In this document: positions 27,212-32,000 of the stretch, in pieces
How the letters are laid out: each line of letters opens with the position of its first letter
Numbering within the stretch: the stretch's first letter is position 1
NCBI RefSeq assembly: GCF_000283555.1
Contig: NC_016012.1
Span: 1,410,001-1,442,000, forward strand
DNA from: Candidatus Arthromitus sp. SFB-rat-Yit
GTDB taxonomy: Bacteria; Bacillota; Clostridia; Clostridiales; Clostridiaceae
DNA length: 32,000 nt
Direction: 5' to 3'
Made by a program: the position numbers and the translations under genes
The notes under the pieces: generated by a model
The model's input: only the letters and a program-made list of their open reading frames with translations
Database searches by the model: none
Told to the model about the DNA's origin: nothing

Positions 27212-27240
27212 ATTATAAATAATACTAGTTTTCCTGTCAA
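27212..27240 (-). promoter_or_regulatory. Consensus sigma-A promoter upstream of greA
   Basis: Minus strand reads TTGACA-17 nt-TATAAT, both hexamers perfect, about 45 nt upstream of the greA start and directly after the dusB stop. Confidence 0.55.
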
Positions 27241-27245
27241 TGTAA

Positions 27246-28220
27246 TCAAGCTATATTCTTATACTCTTCTAGTAAATTTAATATTTTATCTGGATCAGTC
27301 ATTTTAAATACTTCACTTTTGAGTTCAGTTGATCCATAAAGCCCTTTAACATACCATCCTATTTGTTTACGCATCTCAAATACAGCAACTCTTTCCTCCT
27401 CATACTTTAAAGCCTTATTATAGTGTTCAATTAAATTCCCAACAATAAATTCATGCGTTCTAACTTTTGGAATATACTCTATGCCTTTAATTTTTGAATT
27501 TAAATAATCATTTAAATCCTCAAATATCCAAGGCCTTCCATGAGCTCCACGAGCAACAGCTGCAAATTTACATCCCGTATGCTCTAAAATTTTAAATCCG
27601 TCATCATAATTAAATATATCTCCATTTGCAATGATAGGAGTTTCAACAAGCTTATTTGCTTTTTTTATAATTTCCCAATCTGCATTTCCCTTATACATTT
27701 GCTTTGCATATCTACCATGTATAGTTATAAAATCAATCTCATTACGCTCAAGTACCTTTATAACATCATAACAATTTATTTTATTTTCATAGTACCCAAT
27801 CCTTATTTTAACTGATAAAGGTTTCTTTATTACACTTCTTAATTTATAAGTTATCTCATCAACTTTTTTAAGATCAAGTGTTAGTGCAGATCCATCTCCA
27901 TTTTTAATTATTTTTGATGCTGGACATCCCATATTAACATCTAATATTTCCACATAATCAAGATTTGATATAATTTCCCCTGCATGAACTAAATGCTCAG
28001 GATTGCTCCCAAATATTTGAACTCCAACTTTCTCTTCCAAATCACCTTTTTCAAATATTTTTTCAGTTTTATCACTTTTATAATAAAGTGCTGTCGAGCT
28101 AACCATCTCTGTGAAATTTATACCATCATGATATTTAGCACACATCTCACGAAAAGCAATATTATTCACACCTGCCATAGGTGATAAAATAAATCTACTC
28201 TTAAACTTATCATATAACAT
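27246..28220 (-). CDS. dusB: tRNA-dihydrouridine synthase (DusB-like)
   Basis: LSPMAGVNNIAFR, VQIFGSNP, DVNMGCPA (catalytic Cys), TIHGR. 324 aa. Confidence 0.85.
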   Translation of the reverse strand: MLYDKFKSRFILSPMAGVNNIAFREMCAKYHDGINFTEMVSSTALYYKSDKTEKIFEKGDLEEKVGVQIFGSNPEHLVHAGEIISNLDYVEILDVNMGCPASKIIKNGDGSALTLDLKKVDEITYKLRSVIKKPLSVKIRIGYYENKINCYDVIKVLERNEIDFITIHGRYAKQMYKGNADWEIIKKANKLVETPIIANGDIFNYDDGFKILEHTGCKFAAVARGAHGRPWIFEDLNDYLNSKIKGIEYIPKVRTHEFIVGNLIEHYNKALKYEEERVAVFEMRKQIGWYVKGLYGSTELKSEVFKMTDPDKILNLLEEYKNIA

Positions 28221-28239
28221 AATTTTATTTTCTCCTCAC

Positions 28240-28272
28240 AAACAAAAGAGTCTTAGATAAAATCTAAGACTC
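28240..28272 (-). terminator. Intrinsic terminator after ftsH
   Basis: Minus strand reads GAGTCTTAGAT-ttt-ATCTAAGACTC followed by TTTTGTTTG. It starts 5 nt after the ftsH stop and sits just upstream of the dusB RBS. Confidence 0.6.
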
Positions 28273-28276
28273 ACTT

Positions 28277-30082
28277 TTAAGAATTTTTAAATAATTCTTC
28301 AAACTCCTCACCATCAAGTTTCTCTTTCTCTATTAGAGCCTTGGCAACAGCATGAAGTTTTGATATGTTCTCTGATAAAAGCGTTTGAGTTTTATTATAC
28401 GCTTTATCTACTATTTTCTTGATTTCTTTATCAATTTTAGATCCTAATTCTTCTGAGAAATTCCTACTCTTTGTAAAATCTCTTCCCAAGAAAACTTCAT
28501 TATCTCCCCCAAAAGAAATAGTTCCAATTTCTTCACTCATACCATATTCCATAACCATTTTTCTTGCAATGTTACTAACTCTATCAATATCATTTTTAGC
28601 TCCTGTGCTTATATCACCTAAAACGAGTTTCTCAGCAACACGACCACCTAAAAGAGATACCATATCCTTTTCAAGATCAGACTTAGAAATATAATCTTTA
28701 TCTTCATCAGGTAAATGCATAGTGTATCCACCTGCCATACCTCTTGGTATAATACTTATTTCATGAACTCTATCATATTTATCCAAAAGTCTAGACACTA
28801 CCGCGTGACCAGCCTCATGATAAGCTGTAAGCTTATTAGTTTTCTCTGTTCTAATTTTACTCTTCTTCTCAGGTCCTGCTAACACTCTAGTTATAGCTTC
28901 TTCCATTTCATCCATTGTTATAAATTTCTTACTGCGTCTTACTGCTAATAAAGATGCTTCATTGGTTAAATTTTCAAGATCAGCCCCAGTAAATCCAGGA
29001 GTTCTTTTTGCAAGAACATCAAGTTTTATCTCATCTGATAGAGGCTTATTCTTAACGTGTATCTTAAGTATTTCTTCCCTACCTTTAACATCTGGTGCTC
29101 CAACTATTATTTGTCTATCAAATCTTCCTGGTCTTAATAATGCAGGATCCAATATATCAGGTCTATTTGTTGCTGCAATTATTATTATTCCCTCGTTTAC
29201 CCCAAAACCATCCATCTCTACAAGTAACTGGTTAAGTGTTTGCTCTCTTTCATCATGTCCTCCACCAAGTCCAGCTCCCCTATGTCTACCTACAGCATCA
29301 ATTTCATCTATAAATATAATACATGGTGAATTCTTTTTAGCCTCGTTAAATAAATCTCTAACCCTTGATGCACCTACACCAACAAACATCTCGACAAAAT
29401 CTGAACCGGATATACTAAAAAACGGAACCCCTGCTTCCCCTGCAACGGCTTTTGCAAGGAGAGTTTTACCAGTTCCAGGTGGTCCGAATAATAACACTCC
29501 TTTAGGAATCCTCGCTCCCATTTCAATATATTTTCTAGGTTCTCTTAAGAAATCTACAATCTCCTCAAGTTCCTCTTTTTCTTCCTTAGCACCAGCAACT
29601 TCCTTAAAAGTTATCTTCTTAGTATCTTGAGTAGCCATTTTCGCTCTACTCTTACCAAAATTCATAACTCCTCGTCCGCTTCCTCCACCTTGAGATTGTT
29701 GCATAAATAAAAACCATAATCCAAGTGACATTATAATAATTATCAAGGATGGAACAAATTGAAGCCAAGCAAAAACATTGCTTTGTTCTTCATATTGCTC
29801 AACTACATCCCCATTTTTAGGATATTTATTGAACAATATATTTAACCTATTTTGAGGTACAACAGTAACAAATTGCTCTCTGTTTTTAAGGCTACCCTCT
29901 ATAGCCAAACTTCCTTCTCTTATTTTTATACTTTGAACTTCATCATTTATCCAGTACTGTTCAAATTTACTATATGGTATAGTTTTATCTGTCCTTGTAG
30001 ATTCAAAATAAAAAAGTCCAACTATAAAAACCATAACAACTATTACAATCCAAGTTGTTATATTCGAAAAGCTTTTCTTCAT
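28277..30082 (-). CDS. ftsH: ATP-dependent zinc metalloprotease FtsH
   Basis: Two N-terminal TM segments. Walker A GPPGTGKT. Walker [13 protein letters not shown] ([19 protein letters not shown]). HEAGH zinc motif. GGGAGGGGGG RBS. Confidence 0.96.
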   Translation of the reverse strand: MKKSFSNITTWIVIVVMVFIVGLFYFESTRTDKTIPYSKFEQYWINDEVQSIKIREGSLAIEGSLKNREQFVTVVPQNRLNILFNKYPKNGDVVEQYEEQSNVFAWLQFVPSLIIIIMSLGLWFLFMQQSQGGGSGRGVMNFGKSRAKMATQDTKKITFKEVAGAKEEKEELEEIVDFLREPRKYIEMGARIPKGVLLFGPPGTGKTLLAKAVAGEAGVPFFSISGSDFVEMFVGVGASRVRDLFNEAKKNSPCIIFIDEIDAVGRHRGAGLGGGHDEREQTLNQLLVEMDGFGVNEGIIIIAATNRPDILDPALLRPGRFDRQIIVGAPDVKGREEILKIHVKNKPLSDEIKLDVLAKRTPGFTGADLENLTNEASLLAVRRSKKFITMDEMEEAITRVLAGPEKKSKIRTEKTNKLTAYHEAGHAVVSRLLDKYDRVHEISIIPRGMAGGYTMHLPDEDKDYISKSDLEKDMVSLLGGRVAEKLVLGDISTGAKNDIDRVSNIARKMVMEYGMSEEIGTISFGGDNEVFLGRDFTKSRNFSEELGSKIDKEIKKIVDKAYNKTQTLLSENISKLHAVAKALIEKEKLDGEEFEELFKNS

Positions 30083-30122
30083 TATTTTAACCCCCCTCCC
30101 TTTAGCAAATAAATACTATAAA

Positions 30123-30151
30123 ATTTTATCACACCAATTTTTATTAAACAA
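30123..30151 (-). promoter_or_regulatory. Candidate promoter for ftsH
   Basis: Minus strand reads TTGTTT-17 nt-TAAAAT with a TGn extended -10 (TGATAAAAT), about 40 nt upstream of the ftsH start. Confidence 0.35.
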
Positions 30152-30243
30152 GTAACATATTTTATTATTTATAAACTTATTTTATTTTAAACTATATCTA
30201 AAATCTTTAAGAATTTTAATATACAATATTACCTATTTTGAAC

Positions 30244-30783
30244 CTATTTATACACACTCTCATCTAATACACCTATATATGGTAAATTTCTATATTTTTC
30301 GGCGTAATCAAGTCCATACCCAACTACAAATTCATTTCCAACTTTAAAACCTTTATATTTAGGTTCTATTTCTACTTTTCTTCCACTTGGCTTATCAAGA
30401 AGTGTCATTATCTCAACACTTCTAGCCCCCTTACTTCTTATGTAATTACAAATGTAATTTAAAGTTACTCCAGTATCTATTATATCTTCAATAATCAATA
30501 TATCCTTACCTTCTACACACATATCCAAATCTTTCATTATTCTAACCTGTCCAGAACTTACGATAGAATTTCCATAAGAAGATACACCCATAAAATCAAT
30601 TTCAATATATATATCTACATTCTTCATTAAATCAGCCATAAACATCAAAGATCCCTTTAATATACATACAAGAAGTAAATTTTTATTTTTATAATCTTTG
30701 TTTATTTCTTCCCCTAATTCCTTAACCTTGTTTTCAATTTCTTCTTTGCTTATCAGTACATTTTTAATATCATTATTTATCAT
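30244..30783 (-). CDS. hpt: Hypoxanthine(-guanine) phosphoribosyltransferase
   Basis: 179 aa. PRPP-binding motif [29 protein letters not shown]-terminal pattern. tilS-hpt-ftsH synteny. Confidence 0.9.
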   Translation of the reverse strand: MINNDIKNVLISKEEIENKVKELGEEINKDYKNKNLLLVCILKGSLMFMADLMKNVDIYIEIDFMGVSSYGNSIVSSGQVRIMKDLDMCVEGKDILIIEDIIDTGVTLNYICNYIRSKGARSVEIMTLLDKPSGRKVEIEPKYKGFKVGNEFVVGYGLDYAEKYRNLPYIGVLDESVYK

Positions 30784-32000
30784 AAATACCCTCCGCTACA
30801 AAATCTAATTTTATTTTTAATAATTTTTTAGTACATGAGTTAACCTTATAATCATTACTGTTTCTAATCCCAACTATCCAAATAATTTTATCATCAAAAC
30901 ATATTAAAGGTATACTACTTCTATTAGAAACTTTTTCATTTATAAAAAAATCCTTAAGTTTTTTATGTTTTTCCATACCAAATGGTTTAAATAAATCACC
31001 ATTTCTCCTGTTTCTAATTGATATAGCTTCTCTTAAACTCTCCATAGAAAAATACTTTTCATATTTAAGTGTTAAATCTAAAAGATGAGTTTGATTTTCT
31101 ACTACTTCAAAACTAATTTTCATGTTCTTCCCTAAAAAATTAATGGATCTTCCAATAAAATCTATTTCTCCAGATTTAAGTTTCAATATATCTTCATTAT
31201 TTATCAATTCAAAAGATACGGATTCCTCTTCTAAAATACTTTGATCTTTTCTTAAAAATTTTATAAAGTCATGATAATTTACAGCAAATAAATCTTTCTT
31301 AATTTGTATACTCTTATATGTATTTTTACTTAACAGCTCTTCTATGTACTTTATATGTTTAAAACTTATATTTTTAATATCTCCGCAAAACATAAAAATA
31401 CACTTTCTAATAATCCTATATAATATAGATTTATGAAGTGTAAATATGTATTTATCTATGGTCATATAATTTGGGTTAATACTTACATACTTATTTATAA
31501 AATCCATTACAATATTTAAAAAATAATCATTATCATAGCTAGATATTTCTTTTAAATTTAAAATGTTTTTAGATATATCTTTTGAAAAACTCTCATTTAT
31601 TTTAGGTATAAGAGAAATCCTAATTTTATTTCTCAAATAATCCTCGGATAAATTGCTCTTATCTATTACGAATTTTATATCATTATCATTTAAATATTTT
31701 TCTATATCTTCTATTCTTCTTAAGCATAATATTGGTCTTATATAAAAATCTTCTCGCTTTACTTTTATTCCCTCTATTCCATCTATTCCTGTACCATTAA
31801 AAATCCTCATAATAATAGTTTCAACATCATCATCTGCATGATGTGCTAAAGCACACTTTGTTATAATATTTTTATTTTTTAAATCATTAAATATATTATA
31901 TCTAACTTCTCTTCCTCCCATCTCCACAGATACCTTGTATTTTTTAATATAATCTAAAACATCTACTCTAAATGATTTGAATTCAATATTGTTTCTCCTG
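30773..32000 (-). CDS. tilS: tRNA(Ile)-lysidine synthase TilS (5' end runs off the right edge)
   Basis: The reading frame stays open upstream of the track's GTG at 31927 as far as position 31999 (..[37 protein letters not shown]..), so the real start is outside the window. [28 protein letters not shown] matches the TilS HH.DDQ.ET..M...RG.G..GL box. The C-terminal TilS substrate domain is present ([17 protein letters not shown]). It overlaps the hpt start by 11 nt. Confidence 0.85.
   Translation of the reverse strand, partial: RRNNIEFKSFRVDVLDYIKKYKVSVEMGGREVRYNIFNDLKNKNIITKCALAHHADDDVETIIMRIFNGTGIDGIEGIKVKREDFYIRPILCLRRIEDIEKYLNDNDIKFVIDKSNLSEDYLRNKIRISLIPKINESFSKDISKNILNLKEISSYDNDYFLNIVMDFINKYVSINPNYMTIDKYIFTLHKSILYRIIRKCIFMFCGDIKNISFKHIKYIEELLSKNTYKSIQIKKDLFAVNYHDFIKFLRKDQSILEEESVSFELINNEDILKLKSGEIDFIGRSINFLGKNMKISFEVVENQTHLLDLTLKYEKYFSMESLREAISIRNRRNGDLFKPFGMEKHKKLKDFFINEKVSNRSSIPLICFDDKIIWIVGIRNSNDYKVNSCTKKLLKIKLDFVAEGIYDK

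Noticed and set aside
28962-29630. A 222-aa plus-strand ORF antisense to ftsH. Similar antisense ORFs occur at 6081..6533 and 5625..5942 (clpC), 26710..27222 (greA/lysS), 1428..1709, 3108..3341, 10019..10300, 22078..22467, 23568..23810 and elsewhere.
   Set aside because: Each lies entirely inside a well-supported gene on the opposite strand. Their compositions are low-complexity and rich in Ser, Ile, Leu, Phe and Pro. None has an RBS or recognisable motifs. These are the shadow ORFs expected opposite strongly biased coding sequence.
30083-30243. The longest intergenic gap (161 nt, hpt-ftsH) as a possible sRNA or small-ORF locus.
   Set aside because: It has no ATG-initiated ORF longer than 4 codons on either strand and no stable GC-containing hairpin. 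It is best explained as the ftsH promoter and leader region (TTGTTT-17-TAAAAT).
31925-31927. Apparent tilS start codon (GTG) at 31927.
   Set aside because: The frame stays open upstream to the window edge. The upstream residues ([14 protein letters not shown]) and the missing PP-loop SGGxDS motif show the true start lies beyond position 32000.
1-32000. Whole-window scan for CRISPR repeats, tRNA/rRNA genes, IS elements, integrases and toxin-antitoxin pairs.
   Set aside because: I found no regularly spaced direct repeats and no GC-rich structured RNA-like segments. No ORF has transposase, integrase or recombinase motifs, and no small paired ORFs occur outside the annotated genes.

Overview
AT-rich (by eye, well under 35% GC; not computed), tightly packed chromosomal window from a low-GC Firmicute, probably Clostridia-like. 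I call 31 protein-coding genes, with short intergenic gaps. I found no rRNA, tRNA, CRISPR array, transposase or integrase. Read on the minus strand from 32000 down to 1, the backbone follows the conserved origin-proximal Firmicute housekeeping order known from Bacillus subtilis: tilS-hpt-ftsH-dusB-greA-lysS ... yaaO-tmk-holB-yaaT ... mcsA-mcsB-clpC-ispD-cysS-mrnC-rlmB-yacP-sigH. Several blocks interrupt this backbone: a stand-alone type I R-M specificity gene (hsdS), a plus-strand ribose operon rbsKDACB, a divergent clpX-like gene followed by glyQS, a plus-strand corA-ldcA-murD block, and a small ferredoxin gene. Several ORF-track starts are upstream extensions on TTG or GTG codons. I re-called those starts from Shine-Dalgarno placement. 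I do not see a convincing multi-gene novel system. The items most worth follow-up are: (1) the orphan hsdS, which has its own promoter, is bracketed by terminators and has no hsdM or hsdR nearby; (2) a short ClpX paralogue that keeps the zinc ribbon and GYVG pore loop but lacks the RKH loop and has FGF in place of IGF; (3) an mcsA-mcsB-clpC operon with no ctsR gene and no CtsR operator; (4) a CorA-family protein whose GMN signature reads GSN. All functional calls come from reading the translations by eye, with no database search.
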